Shown: piece by piece, positions 1 to 11,058 of the stretch
How positions within the stretch are numbered: the first letter of the stretch is position 1
Layout: the number at the start of each line of letters is the position of its first letter
Assembly: GCA_000002435.2 (NCBI GenBank)
Contig: CM018792.1
DNA length: 64,000 nucleotides
From: Giardia intestinalis
Lineage: Eukaryota
Reading direction: 5' to 3' (one strand)
Position numbers and translations under genes: made by a program
The notes under the pieces: generated by a model
The model's input: the letters and a program-made list of their open reading frames with translations, nothing else
The model's database searches: none
Told to the model about the DNA's origin: nothing

Positions 1-56
1 GATACAATAACCCGGGATATAGACAGGTCGAGCTTTCGCCGAAGACCGGCAACGTT

Positions 57-443
57 ATGGACTATGTACAATACTACCTAGACTTAGGGCTGGCCAACAT
101 CAAAACGCGTACAGAAAACGTCTACACAAGGCATCGTACCGGACATAATGTTCCAACGGCCACTTATAATCTCGAGTACCGCTTCAGTGACGAGTACGGC
201 TCTTCCATTGCGAAACACCTAAACGATCAGGAACTTATAGTGGCCTCCATGAAAACTGAGGGATGGGGGACATACACCCCCATGCGCGCTCTGTACCTGG
301 CCCTACAGAATGACCCAGATGTTTGGAGCGTCTTCCACTCTCATATGAGCTCACTGTGTTACGACAAGAAGATTTCCTTTATCTGTGCGGCTAGAGCCAT
401 TACGATAGAGTCATACAAGTCATGTTTAGCCAAGTTGCAGTGA
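57..443 (+). CDS. hypothetical protein (128 aa)
   Basis: ATG-initiated ORF. No recognisable motifs. Upstream context is cut by the window edge. Confidence 0.3.
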   Translation: MDYVQYYLDLGLANIKTRTENVYTRHRTGHNVPTATYNLEYRFSDEYGSSIAKHLNDQELIVASMKTEGWGTYTPMRALYLALQNDPDVWSVFHSHMSSLCYDKKISFICAARAITIESYKSCLAKLQ

Positions 444-507
444 TCAGTAAATCTCTGCTCTTAAAAGGGAATAAAGCCTGTAGAGTGCGCAGGCTAGCTC
501 TTTCCGG

Positions 508-1104
508 TTACTTGCTGTCTTCAGTCTCTGAAGAACAGTCAGATATGTTAGCAGATTGACATGCAGAAGCGAATCTAGAATTCATGATGGTTCCGGCGAC
601 ACGGGCTACTGAGTCCGTCGTTGGGTTCCGCACTTTTGCAAGACTGTTCATAAGATGTTCTACTGCGAAGGCAAAGGTTGCCCGCTCTATCAAGAGATTC
701 CAGGAAATAATTGAAAGAAAAGCCTGCTGTAAAAGAATAACTTGTTGGAGATTGAACTTATTCTTCGATATGATGACCCACGACTCCAGGGTTGGGGATT
801 CTCGACAAACAAGGTCGTATGATATCATAATAGCACTGAATAAATATCGCCTAATATTGCGGGAATTGAGGGATCCTCGGACTTGATAGTTGATTCGGTT
901 AACTAGGCCACATGCGTAGACAACCACCTCTGCTGGAGCCTGAGACCGTCGGATGATCATAATCGCGAACTCCTTTAACCTGTGCTGAATCGAAGAATCT
1001 CTGAGAAGCTGGGCCATGGCAGTTGCAACGCTCGCACCAACCTCCACTGTTTCAGCCTCAAAGAACTCGCGAAATTCAAGCTCCTCCCCGTCCCAATGTC
1101 TCAT
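508..1104 (-). CDS. hypothetical protein (198 aa)
   Basis: ATG at 1102-1104. An AT-rich block (1105-1160) lies immediately upstream. It is divergent from the 1206 gene across a ~100 bp AT-rich spacer. Confidence 0.35.
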   Translation of the reverse strand: MRHWDGEELEFREFFEAETVEVGASVATAMAQLLRDSSIQHRLKEFAIMIIRRSQAPAEVVVYACGLVNRINYQVRGSLNSRNIRRYLFSAIMISYDLVCRESPTLESWVIISKNKFNLQQVILLQQAFLSIISWNLLIERATFAFAVEHLMNSLAKVRNPTTDSVARVAGTIMNSRFASACQSANISDCSSETEDSK

Positions 1105-1205
1105 GCAGTCTATTTACGTTTTAATTGCATTTGTCCATTCCGTGTAATTCCTATGCAATTCAACTGTAGACTCCGGCGGTTTCCGGTCGCACCTTTGTCT
1201 CAAGG

Positions 1206-2600
1206 ATGAAGTACATTTTTGATCGGATATTTCTGGAAACTCATGAAGCTGGCACTGAGGAATGTCCGGCCTCGGATATTATCTCTTCTACACGTATTTC
1301 AGCAGACACTGGTCCAGAGCCTGAGCAGAGGTGCTGTGTTGCGAGGCCTGTAACAGTATTACAAGCAGCTAAATCGGATTCCTATGCGTCTAGACGAGAA
1401 CGAGAACTGCATAGCGAGATTCAAGGGGCTGAAGTGCAGTGCAAAATTCTGTCTACAACGATACACAAAACAGGACCTGTAAAGGTATTTAGTACGGCAA
1501 CAGATGAAACTGTGAGGGTGTCGACGCACCAAGTTCCTATTCAGCAGATCCGACGCGCAGAGCCGTCCCCAAAGCGTCTAGTGCCAATCCACAACGTTAT
1601 ATCAAATAAGGACTTTGAGGTGACGCGGATTCCTCGGCCTAGTCACAAAGAATCTTCAAGGGATGAAATACCCGAAGTAGACTTAGTTTCCACCTTGACC
1701 AGAAAAACCCCAATACTTACTTCCAAATGCATGGAGAAGTCCACTCTGCACGGTTCACATACAAACGAAGAAGAATCTTCATTTCTTGAGAGTAGCATAT
1801 CAGATTGCAAGCGCGTGTTGTCATCTGCTGGTTGTAGCAGCAGAAGCTGTGGTAAACCGTTTCCACATGAATCTAAAGTGCCTGCCAGTAACGATTCCGA
1901 TAACGACTACCTTTACACCGTTACATCCACAATTAAACACCCCAGCCTAGCTATTGACGATGTCCGCATATTCGAAGTTAAGAGCGCCGTTGACGAGCGT
2001 AGAAAGAAAAAGGACTACACCGATGGGTCATGGAGTACTATCAAGATTGATATGCCTCCGAGGGGTGCTGTTCGGGATGCATCGACACCCTTCATGGCAA
2101 ATACATCTCCGATGGAAACTAATAGGTACGCCCAGGGCAATAATAACGTTAATATGACATTCAATAGAGCAACTGCTGTACGAGTAACACCTACCAAATC
2201 GAACTCCATCGAGATACCGGCGAGCTATGCCAGTCACAGGGTTGAGGAAAGTACGCGTGCAATTCATGACGTGAATACTCCAGTAGAGCACCCTGTAATG
2301 CACTCAGGAATGTATGACATGGTGGAGAATGTTAGCGAAGACGAGATCGACACAGACTACCGAGTGGTGGATGCAAGTGTGTCCGGTAGTGCTCACTCCG
2401 ATTACTCTGATGAAAACTACTGCGTACAATCTCGCATGGAACGAATACACAGACCACCCATAAAGGAAAACACATATTCTGTTATCAAAGGTACGGCAGC
2501 GCGAGTTCCTGCTCCTATTCCCACCACCCTCCAAGACGGGGACAACCTCCGATGTTTTGTGCTTACGTTTGTGGACACAGAGCCCAAGAAGTTCAACTAG
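1206..2600 (+). CDS. hypothetical Ser/Thr-rich low-complexity protein (464 aa)
   Basis: Long ATG ORF with no domain recognised. Convergent with the 2640..3866 gene, leaving a 39 bp gap. Confidence 0.4.
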   Translation: MKYIFDRIFLETHEAGTEECPASDIISSTRISADTGPEPEQRCCVARPVTVLQAAKSDSYASRRERELHSEIQGAEVQCKILSTTIHKTGPVKVFSTATDETVRVSTHQVPIQQIRRAEPSPKRLVPIHNVISNKDFEVTRIPRPSHKESSRDEIPEVDLVSTLTRKTPILTSKCMEKSTLHGSHTNEEESSFLESSISDCKRVLSSAGCSSRSCGKPFPHESKVPASNDSDNDYLYTVTSTIKHPSLAIDDVRIFEVKSAVDERRKKKDYTDGSWSTIKIDMPPRGAVRDASTPFMANTSPMETNRYAQGNNNVNMTFNRATAVRVTPTKSNSIEIPASYASHRVEESTRAIHDVNTPVEHPVMHSGMYDMVENVSEDEIDTDYRVVDASVSGSAHSDYSDENYCVQSRMERIHRPPIKENTYSVIKGTAARVPAPIPTTLQDGDNLRCFVLTFVDTEPKKFN

Positions 2601-2639
2601 AACTCTGTTTGTCCCCATCCATATATAGGATGGATAAGC

Positions 2640-3866
2640 TCACCGTACATCAAGTAAATTACTAAAGAGTACGTCTGCATCATTCTGAGAATCGGCATCA
2701 AATTCCGTGATAACCACATTTCTGCCTGTAATGTCAGTCCTTTTAATGGAGTGTGGTCTCAGTGGCTTCTGAGGCACTCCATTGCTGTGATAGGCGCCAG
2801 TGACGAAACCTGCACCAGTTGAAGGTGGGCGATGTACTCGAAACTCTAATCGATCAAATCTTAATAGATTGGAAGCTCCCTTTGTAGCCAAATCATACTG
2901 CGTAACTCTGGGTCTGTTTCGTGTGCAAGACGCAGTCATTACCATTGGCTTGACTTCCGGTGGCGGGCCTAGCGCCATTATCTCCTGTCTGAATTGCTTT
3001 GCGGTTCGTCTGGGATTAAACGGAAGCAATGCCTGTGGCCGTGCCAAGGGACTCTTCGCCGTTAGCGGCACATGTTGACTAACTCTGGAGCAGTGCCCTA
3101 TCCCAGTTGCCTTGGTTGTGCACATAGTAATAGGAGATTTAGGGTCACATTTTGCCAGTGACGCTTCTTCATAAGTAGCTGGCCCCGGTACTTGACCCTT
3201 TCTTCCCGGTATTTGCTTAGACTCTGAGACAGTTGTGTCCATTGGCTGTGCAGGATCGAGAGGACTGCATCCAGCGCGTGTAGAAGGGTTATGTGGGAGA
3301 GAGTGTCTTGTGGAGATAGAGTACACTCGTGGGGGGCGGGGCACACTGGCAGGCTTTGTAACCTGGTGACTGGTGTTATTCACGCATACGCTTTGACGCA
3401 GCGGGGTACTGACAACAAGGCTCTCACAAGGAGATCCTTTCCACTCAACTGTAGAGTTTGTTGGCGGAGTAAGTGCGTGCAAAGGCACAAGAGGACTAGA
3501 GACACTACTGTTCTGTAAGCCATTGGTGCATCCAATGACAACCATGGAATCACGTTGCAACGGAGGATCTGCGAGGGTATATTGACGGAAGTATAGAGGA
3601 GACTCAAGGACACTTCGGGCAGATGAAATGGATTTCCTCGAACAGCTAATTGGTAGTTGAGCCTCAGTCGCTTGTGGTGAGGCACACATAAGAGATGGTC
3701 TATCAGATGCAGATCCGTTAGAAATAGGCCGTCTCACCGGACGATGCTCTATCTTTGTCAAAAACGTTTCTGCCTTCCTTTCTTTCCAGGCCTTTTCCAG
3801 ACGGTTACCAACTTCAAGTACCTCCCTATATGGTATAGAGGCAGGCGAGCCTCCATACAGAGACAT
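2640..3866 (-). CDS. hypothetical Ser/Pro-rich low-complexity protein (408 aa)
   Basis: ATG at 3864-3866. An AT-rich initiator-like sequence (TTTTTAAATCAGAATTTATTAG) lies just upstream on the coding strand. Confidence 0.4.
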   Translation of the reverse strand: MSLYGGSPASIPYREVLEVGNRLEKAWKERKAETFLTKIEHRPVRRPISNGSASDRPSLMCASPQATEAQLPISCSRKSISSARSVLESPLYFRQYTLADPPLQRDSMVVIGCTNGLQNSSVSSPLVPLHALTPPTNSTVEWKGSPCESLVVSTPLRQSVCVNNTSHQVTKPASVPRPPRVYSISTRHSLPHNPSTRAGCSPLDPAQPMDTTVSESKQIPGRKGQVPGPATYEEASLAKCDPKSPITMCTTKATGIGHCSRVSQHVPLTAKSPLARPQALLPFNPRRTAKQFRQEIMALGPPPEVKPMVMTASCTRNRPRVTQYDLATKGASNLLRFDRLEFRVHRPPSTGAGFVTGAYHSNGVPQKPLRPHSIKRTDITGRNVVITEFDADSQNDADVLFSNLLDVR

Positions 3867-3946
3867 TTTACAGTAACCGACAACGCTGCACCTAACAATT
3901 TTTAAATCAGAATTTATTAGTAACAGTTCTATTGCTCTATTGACAT

Positions 3947-6900
3947 CTAGATTGCAAAATTTGCCAGCTTCGGATTATTGAGGAGATTAAACGCTTGCGT
4001 GAACTCTGCCTTCATATGCTCAATATCCTCGTTCGCCTCCTGTTCCATCTTTGCCGATTCAGCCAAATACCCTGAAGCTAAAGAGTTCAGCCGCCTAGAG
4101 TTTTTAAGAGATTTGAGCAGCATCTTTACAGCGTCGTAAGAGCATCCAATGAGTAGTTGTACCTGCTCTGGCAAATGTGTAAGGACACCATCCTTGACGC
4201 CATTACCCATCGAATCTATCAATGGAAGTGTTACGTGGCCTAATTTATAATAAATCACAGGAGGAGACACAGCTCCGTCAACCTCAGTAGTAGCGCCGGA
4301 AGGCTTTTTAGGGTCTGCTGGCTGCTTCTTCTTGTCCTTATCCCTCAATGGAGAGGCTTGCTGAGTCTGGTCTCCAGACAAGCCTGCTTTGTACTTCAAC
4401 AAGTGCTGTAGAACATCGTCTAGATTTCGACATGTGAGAGTAGAAAGGATCTGAGGCTCCTCCAAAAGAATACTCTTCCCAGAAAAGGTATTGAAGAAAA
4501 TTTCGAGCTGAGTAGCTTCTGCAGTAATAAAATCAAGGCCGCTCGACGGCAAAATGGCGCTCTGGAGACAGCCGGTTTGTGCTGCCTCCTTTACTTTTCC
4601 ACTAGGAGGTTGGTTCTGGTGTGCAGTGGAAAAAGCTGCAGTAGGCTCTGTCTCAAACACGGCCTTTCCGGAGTTAATTGATGCTTCAATGTGCTGCATC
4701 ACTTGTACAAATGTGGCCGAACAGGACTTTATTTCTGACTCTGAAGAGACGCACGAATCTATCAGTATCTTGGTTGACTGTTCATCACCCAACAACTTCA
4801 CCGCCATAGAAGAGGATGGTACAGTGGTATTAGCGACACTCGCCGCAGATGATGCTCCGCTAGTTGGTCGCTTTTTGCCAGCTGCCTGTGCCCTGGCAGA
4901 CCCATCTATTGTGCTTCCAACAGGTGATAAGAAAGATAACAACTCTGAGATTTGCAAGGATGCACAATATGATACTCGGTTGTCGCCGGCCCACGATGGA
5001 TATAGAGATAGCAGAGTGGCTGGAACAGTCACAAGAAGGCAATTAGATATAGAGAGAAGTGTGAGTAGATCCTTATTAAGAGAGTTCAGAAGGCCCTGGC
5101 TGGTGCTAGTATACTCTGATAATGACGTTTTGATTTCCTGCTGCATGCCTAAGGCTTTTTCAGGAAACTTAATCAGAGCCGGCCTGAAACTATCATAAAT
5201 CTTAGCAAACCTCTGGGAAAAAGCGTCACAATTGTTTTTATATCCTTCCTTGTACACTTTCCACGCTCTCTCAATGGACCGATATGTGATCTCAAAGGAG
5301 CACGCACTAAATTGTTTGATTAATGTATCAAAAAGCTTGTCGCGTTGGACCATCAAGTCATGAAGCTGAGTGCGCGCTTCAGTAACTAGCTGGTTTATGC
5401 TGTCATAGGCTTCGCGGTAATAGTGCTGTAGCAACGAAAGCTCATCTTGAAAGGAGGAGTCTTTGAGGCGCTTAATCTTCATGGCAGGCAGAACCATCTG
5501 CTGCGTTGGCGAGGCAACGCATTCCTCCACAGGTGTGGCAGGCCGTAGATCCTTTTTTGAGGACTCTGCTGTCGAGACAATCTCCATTCCATCCAATTCG
5601 CGCGGCTCTATTACTGGTAGTTGCACAGTAGCCAGCTCGTCATCACGAGGCACATAGATGGGCTGAAAGAGGGTGTACGTGGAAAACATCTGCTCCAGTT
5701 CTGCCTGCAGCTGAGTGCAGATGTCACATTCGATAGAGGTATTGTAGAATGCTTTCATCCCAGGTTTGTAGTTAGTCGCTCGAGAGAAAAACTGTTGGAC
5801 CTTAGAGAAAATGGTGCTGGGGAGCTCTGAAATGTCTGCAGCATGTAGGTCGATAGTTCTGGACACTAGATTGGGTTGTTGTGTTACTAGTCGTTTTGGA
5901 GAAGAGCCTCTGGTGGGTGAAATGCGATAGCCAGGTGGAGAGCAAAATCGCTCTCGCACTTCTTCCTGATAGGTAAACGGTGTCTGCAAAACTGTGGCCG
6001 AGCACAGAATGTTCAGAACAGCTACGATCGCACCAATAAGTGCCCCTGCAAAAGAGTTAAATGCCTTCGACCTTTGCTTAAACAAGTCATAGGAAGTAAG
6101 AAACGTGTGATGCCTGTTAATAAGTGAGAGTTCAAATGGGTAGAATACGAATTGCAAAACAACCGTATAAGACAAGTAATAGGCTATTTGTTCAAGCTCG
6201 AAGCTAGCTTCTATTGCAGAAAGAGTATTAGAGAACACAGAATTTAGCGATGTCTTGTTTGGGCACTTGGCTGTCTGCATGAATATCTCTCGTATCGCAC
6301 TCATCCGTTCCTTGAATAAGAACAATCTATTTAGGGCCATTGTTTTAATGGAGATACACTTCTTCTTCATCGCTTCTACTGTTGACACCTTGGCAGAGTA
6401 TTCCGAATTAGCCAGCTTGACAGCCTGAGAAACGTTTTGCATAAGGTATTTGAAAAATAAGAGATCAGTGTGAAGACGACTGTAAGCCTCTTCTCGAAGC
6501 ATGCCTATCGTTGCAAGGAGCGACTGTGAGGCTGCTATAGCAGGATGGATCTTAACGGTGCTAGCAGCAGTATCAACTAAAGGCTGAACTTCTCCGTAAT
6601 TGTTCCGTAGCAAACTTACCGCTAAGTCTGCCACGGCAAAGTCAAAGGGGCCTGCACTATCAAGCCCAGACCATCCTATTGCTTGCTTTGTAAATGATTG
6701 CGTAATGCGCTCGGCAGAGTTTATGTCATTGTGAATGAGTGTTGAGAAGTTCTTTTTAAGGAGAACTTTGCATTCAGCAATAAACGCGTCACAGGCATAT
6801 ATGATGGTACGATCAGCTTGTTCTGGGAAAAGGAGTATGTTTTCATTAACGACTGCATCAAACTTTGTTTTGTATGCGCTTTCTGTGTGCTTAAAGAGTG

Positions 6901-9900
6901 GGTGGGATGCAGAAAGCTGTTTTCTTAGACGCAATGACGTTACTATTCCTCTGGATGAATCAAACGTTAATTCAACAAAGCGGTCCAACCGCTTGGCTGA
7001 TAAAAGGGCGAGAGACTCCTGGAACAGACGCGCCTCTCCTGTGGAGGATACTGTTTGCTTTCCTCTCGATGGGGCTCGAGCTCCAGATCCACTGGCAGAC
7101 CGAGACCCCGAAGGCGCTGCAGCACCTACAGGTACCTCTGGGGTGACGGTGGCATCCAGAATACGCTTCCGCAAAGACAGTATCGTAGACATTGCTCGGT
7201 TCAAAGTTCTGTACTCTACCCCAACATACTTGCTGCATCGCGATTCTATCTGTGCGACTTCTGAATGTAAAAGCTTCACAGTGTAGGGTACTAACGACGT
7301 GCGCAAGTCGTCAGAGATGGTGAGTATTCTGCGGATGTTGCCCATACTACGGGAAAGGATACTGGAGTACGTTTCTGCAAGACGAGACATTATAAGTGCA
7401 ATAACGTGAGTTGATATGTTTCCAAGGACAAGCTTTATTGCTAGACTATCAGAAGACGTATAGGAACGGCAGTCCATGATGATATCAGAGGTTGCATTTG
7501 CCATTGCATCTGCTTGCTGACTTTCTAAGCTGTGAGCTGCAGAGGTGGAGCCTAAAATATTGGGAGGACCCACCATTCTTTGTGACTTGGAGCTCCCTGG
7601 AGATATAATGGACCGATATCCAATCGAACATGCCAAGTCATTCTGCGACTCTTCAGCAGAGCTACATGGCCTTGCAAGGGTTAGAAGCTCGTCAATCCTA
7701 TCCTTATTGCGTGCTGCAAGAGAATTTTCTATTATCTGAGAACCCATGTTGGGAGATTGTCGATTGCCCACAGTGTTCTTACTAGAGAGACGCTTCTCAC
7801 TGTTGGCAGAAGCAGTCAGTCTCTTTCCTTGACAGCTCAATGCTACCACGGTCTGCTTCAGCTTTGTGAGAGTATCTCTAGCTCTGTCGTAGACGCAATC
7901 ACTAAACATCAAGTCGTCCACACTGACAGAGTACTTAGGTTGTGAAACTATTTTTTCAAAGTTTAGCAATGTTGGAGATTTAGTAAAGGCTTTCAACAAT
8001 GAAGACTTTGGCGGGGGTTGAGAGACGGCCTTTTTGGCATCTTTTGTGGAGGAAGGAGGTGCGGCTGCTGGGGGAGAAAGAAGTGGATTTGTTGAAACAG
8101 GCATATCTTGGCCAACCGTAAGGGGGACAATTTTTAGGTGCTCGAAGTCTAGGACTGTGTAGACGAGCTTTAGATATACGTCGAGTTCATCAAGGGGGCG
8201 TTCGTCTGGAACCTTGATTCCTGCAATGACCGCTTCTACATAGTCTGGAAGTTGTGTAGCCAACACGGGCTCGACAGGCCTTTCATCTTCATCATTTCCA
8301 TCCGGCCTTGATTCTGGCCTTGATGTACTGGTCTTTGATTTTGGTGCAGCCTTGGCCTTTTTAGCTGTCTCCTTTTCCCATTCTGCCAGTGCAGAAGCAT
8401 ACGCCTCTGTTGCTACAGAGTTGAGCTTCTGGAGGTAGGCGCTTCTGTAAGAAAGAATCGAGTCTTTGAAATCGGAAACGGCCCTATTGTATGCAATTCG
8501 TTCTCCGTCCTTGTAGAGTAGACGAAGAAGGGAGTGGTACAAAATCAATCGGAGGTCGGCAGGTAAGTTTATGAAGACGCACACACACGTCTTATCATAG
8601 GGGACCTCCTTGGAGAAGAGAACCTGCTGATATCTAGGAGCAATAAGACTAAAAATAAGAGGCTTTTGTTCAGGGACTTGTGCGGCTTGCTTCCCTTTAT
8701 CTTTCTCCTTATTGCCAGGCTCTGGTGATAAGAGCTGCGTAAACTCTGCCAGGACTTGAGCTGGGGTAGCTGCATCTTGAAAGTAGCTAAATCCGTATGC
8801 GCTAATATACGCCTTCATATCCACATCTTTATCAAAGTCAGGTGGCTCTAAAAGTAAATGGTGAGCTGAACTAGAATCTGACTCAGCGGCCTGGTCACTT
8901 GACAGTGGGCGGCCCTTAGAGGATGCCCGCTTCTTGTCCTGATTTGGTGTGGATGCTCGATTATTTGCTTTACTATCTGGCCTGACATTGGAAGGTGGAT
9001 GCTGCTCAATTTTGTTGGGAACCGTTTTGGAATCGTCCTGTATGTGCTCGTGATTTTGTAGATCACTAGCTGTTGCCAATCGATTGATAACACCAATGTC
9101 TGCACTGCGTTCGCTGATGAGATCAGTCAGTTCTGTTATTTGATACTCTGCGCAAGACCAGGGCTCGGCCAGGGAGCCCGTTGGAAAGGGAACATCTCGT
9201 AAAACAACTGCAGCGCAATCTACCAAATCATCAACAGTGACATCCTGAACAGGATTCTTCACTAGTGTATCATTGAACAAAGTAACAGCAGACAGTAAGG
9301 TCTCATCCCTGTCCGCTATTGTGCCAAATAAGGTTAGAAATGCAGACTCCTTCAGTTCTAGACTAAATATATCCAGTAGCGTGTGTAAAACTTTATTCCC
9401 AGTAGGCGATTGATTGGTCATGTTAACAACTGCCTCTTCGCGTTGAACGATGGCGTGTTCCAGCGCATCAAGTAGCTTCTTGGAAATTTGCTTGATCTTT
9501 TGGGCTTCGGAGATATCCCACACGTTCTTCACACGCGTGCTGATGTATTCCAAGCATTTGGTGGATCTACTCCAATCACGAGTAAACCGCTCCTCGATAG
9601 CTTTCAGTGCGTCATCACAGAGCCTGCACCAGTTGTCCTCTAACAGAGTTGTGTGTTTGACTGCCGTGTCGGCCGCTGCACAGAGAGATATAATACACGC
9701 GATAAAAAACGAGTTAGCGTGTACTGTTCTAATCAGGGTTTCCTCGATAAGAGATAAGCGAAGGTCCCACCTTTTCTTCCAGTGAGAGAGGGTTTCCGTT
9801 ATGAGAGCCCTAAGGTCATCACTCAGGATATCAAGCTGCTGCAATGATTCGAGTACATCCTTTGTGCTTTCGGCAAGTGACGTATAGACATCGTCGACTG

Positions 9901-11038
9901 TAAGCTTGAGTTCCTCTAGCCGGTACTGCACATCCTGTTTTCGCGGCAAGAAGACTGTCTTGACCAAGCGTACAGCCATATCCCTAGGATGCTCTGTTCT
10001 AATAGATAAGTCAGTAATGAAATTAAAAAGCGTTGATGAAAACTGTTGCAGTGCCGTATTAACGTCTTGGATGGCTGAAACCATCACCGGAGAAAACTCG
10101 TGCTCATGGTGAATGAAGAGTATATACTGTTCCACAAAGTCGTGAACAAGTTCCATTTTCCGTTGATGTATTATTCTACGGCACAATCCTCTACCATCCT
10201 CCATACACAACAGCGCTCTGTTATGACTGGATGTAATGAACATCAGCATTGAAGTACAGATCCGAGTGATTCGTTCCTCAACCTGGTGGACGATATCTCC
10301 AATGTATGCAAGGATTTCTCCCTCTGTGCAGCATGCATTACCAAGGCCCACCGAGAGCGTCTTAACAGCATCTGTAACGACCTCTCGAAGCATAGATGCT
10401 AGGCCATCGAAGCTTGAGCGAAGCTTTGTAAATACCATGATGACCTCGGCCTCTATTGTCTGCAGCGACGAATTCATTGCATAAGGCCGTACTCCTGGCT
10501 CTTTCACAAGTCGCAAAAACCGTGCGTCAACGCCTGACAAGTAATCCTGAAAAGTCATTCGCGCACGATCGAAATCGACATATAGGGACGAGAAGATTTT
10601 GTCAATATACTGAAGAAAGCTGTCAATCAGCGCTCGCCGTCGCTGCTCCAAAGAATCGGTATACCGTTGCATACGTGTGAGCTGCTGGCCTGCACTGTTA
10701 TCGTATTGTTCAGAAGGATTGGCTGGATCCTGAGTAGCTAAAAGCTCAAATTTCAGGAGAGACCTACCGCTTAGGATGGTGGGGGGCTTGCCTGCCATCG
10801 AATACGATAACCGCGGGGGCTCTGGAAGCGAGCTGTTGGGCTTGGACGGGTCAGGTCGGACAATTTTGAGGGTTGTTGATGAGTTGGCCCATTCCTTGAG
10901 AGCTTCGAAGCTCCGGGGAAACTGCTTAATCGCGAACGGTTGGCTCTGGGTGCGCACTCCATCCTTTCTGGGTTTGGAGAAGACCTTTTCACAGTGGAAG
11001 CTCCTGTGCAGGTTTGCCCCATCTGCAAAAAGATCCAT
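3947..11038 (-). CDS. very large hypothetical protein (2363 aa) with helical/coiled-coil and Ser/Pro-rich low-complexity segments
   Basis: Uninterrupted 7.1 kb ORF with ATG at 11036-11038. It shares a 20-bp AT-rich divergent spacer with the kinase gene. No catalytic motif recognised. Confidence 0.75.
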   Translation of the reverse strand: MDLFADGANLHRSFHCEKVFSKPRKDGVRTQSQPFAIKQFPRSFEALKEWANSSTTLKIVRPDPSKPNSSLPEPPRLSYSMAGKPPTILSGRSLLKFELLATQDPANPSEQYDNSAGQQLTRMQRYTDSLEQRRRALIDSFLQYIDKIFSSLYVDFDRARMTFQDYLSGVDARFLRLVKEPGVRPYAMNSSLQTIEAEVIMVFTKLRSSFDGLASMLREVVTDAVKTLSVGLGNACCTEGEILAYIGDIVHQVEERITRICTSMLMFITSSHNRALLCMEDGRGLCRRIIHQRKMELVHDFVEQYILFIHHEHEFSPVMVSAIQDVNTALQQFSSTLFNFITDLSIRTEHPRDMAVRLVKTVFLPRKQDVQYRLEELKLTVDDVYTSLAESTKDVLESLQQLDILSDDLRALITETLSHWKKRWDLRLSLIEETLIRTVHANSFFIACIISLCAAADTAVKHTTLLEDNWCRLCDDALKAIEERFTRDWSRSTKCLEYISTRVKNVWDISEAQKIKQISKKLLDALEHAIVQREEAVVNMTNQSPTGNKVLHTLLDIFSLELKESAFLTLFGTIADRDETLLSAVTLFNDTLVKNPVQDVTVDDLVDCAAVVLRDVPFPTGSLAEPWSCAEYQITELTDLISERSADIGVINRLATASDLQNHEHIQDDSKTVPNKIEQHPPSNVRPDSKANNRASTPNQDKKRASSKGRPLSSDQAAESDSSSAHHLLLEPPDFDKDVDMKAYISAYGFSYFQDAATPAQVLAEFTQLLSPEPGNKEKDKGKQAAQVPEQKPLIFSLIAPRYQQVLFSKEVPYDKTCVCVFINLPADLRLILYHSLLRLLYKDGERIAYNRAVSDFKDSILSYRSAYLQKLNSVATEAYASALAEWEKETAKKAKAAPKSKTSTSRPESRPDGNDEDERPVEPVLATQLPDYVEAVIAGIKVPDERPLDELDVYLKLVYTVLDFEHLKIVPLTVGQDMPVSTNPLLSPPAAAPPSSTKDAKKAVSQPPPKSSLLKAFTKSPTLLNFEKIVSQPKYSVSVDDLMFSDCVYDRARDTLTKLKQTVVALSCQGKRLTASANSEKRLSSKNTVGNRQSPNMGSQIIENSLAARNKDRIDELLTLARPCSSAEESQNDLACSIGYRSIISPGSSKSQRMVGPPNILGSTSAAHSLESQQADAMANATSDIIMDCRSYTSSDSLAIKLVLGNISTHVIALIMSRLAETYSSILSRSMGNIRRILTISDDLRTSLVPYTVKLLHSEVAQIESRCSKYVGVEYRTLNRAMSTILSLRKRILDATVTPEVPVGAAAPSGSRSASGSGARAPSRGKQTVSSTGEARLFQESLALLSAKRLDRFVELTFDSSRGIVTSLRLRKQLSASHPLFKHTESAYKTKFDAVVNENILLFPEQADRTIIYACDAFIAECKVLLKKNFSTLIHNDINSAERITQSFTKQAIGWSGLDSAGPFDFAVADLAVSLLRNNYGEVQPLVDTAASTVKIHPAIAASQSLLATIGMLREEAYSRLHTDLLFFKYLMQNVSQAVKLANSEYSAKVSTVEAMKKKCISIKTMALNRLFLFKERMSAIREIFMQTAKCPNKTSLNSVFSNTLSAIEASFELEQIAYYLSYTVVLQFVFYPFELSLINRHHTFLTSYDLFKQRSKAFNSFAGALIGAIVAVLNILCSATVLQTPFTYQEEVRERFCSPPGYRISPTRGSSPKRLVTQQPNLVSRTIDLHAADISELPSTIFSKVQQFFSRATNYKPGMKAFYNTSIECDICTQLQAELEQMFSTYTLFQPIYVPRDDELATVQLPVIEPRELDGMEIVSTAESSKKDLRPATPVEECVASPTQQMVLPAMKIKRLKDSSFQDELSLLQHYYREAYDSINQLVTEARTQLHDLMVQRDKLFDTLIKQFSACSFEITYRSIERAWKVYKEGYKNNCDAFSQRFAKIYDSFRPALIKFPEKALGMQQEIKTSLSEYTSTSQGLLNSLNKDLLTLLSISNCLLVTVPATLLSLYPSWAGDNRVSYCASLQISELLSFLSPVGSTIDGSARAQAAGKKRPTSGASSAASVANTTVPSSSMAVKLLGDEQSTKILIDSCVSSESEIKSCSATFVQVMQHIEASINSGKAVFETEPTAAFSTAHQNQPPSGKVKEAAQTGCLQSAILPSSGLDFITAEATQLEIFFNTFSGKSILLEEPQILSTLTCRNLDDVLQHLLKYKAGLSGDQTQQASPLRDKDKKKQPADPKKPSGATTEVDGAVSPPVIYYKLGHVTLPLIDSMGNGVKDGVLTHLPEQVQLLIGCSYDAVKMLLKSLKNSRRLNSLASGYLAESAKMEQEANEDIEHMKAEFTQAFNLLNNPKLANFAI

Positions 11039-11058
11039 TCTTATTTTTAAAATACTTA
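11039..11058. promoter_or_regulatory. 20-bp AT-rich bidirectional initiator (TCTTATTTTTAAAATACTTA) between divergent ATGs
   Basis: This is the entire spacer between ATG 11038 (-) and ATG 11059 (+). It contains an ATTTTAAAAT-like core of the Giardia AT-rich initiator type. Confidence 0.5.

Noticed and set aside
4554-5198. 214-aa plus-strand ORF inside the 2363-aa gene, and similar internal antisense ORFs at 6735..7286 and 9450..9785
   Set aside because: Embedded antisense frames of a continuous 7.1-kb ORF. No independent support.
11014-11058. Track N-terminal extensions at non-ATG starts: kinase at 11014 (TTG), RPL3 at 40235 (GTG), Sec24 at 25531 (GTG), kinesin-like at 19098 (GTG), 19924 (GTG), 46077 (GTG)
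   Set aside because: A eukaryotic nuclear genome initiates at ATG. In each case an in-frame ATG sits directly behind an AT-rich initiator, so the ORF-finder extensions were trimmed. Around 25500-25560 my manual base count was off by one relative to the track, so the Sec24 boundary is stated from the track frame.
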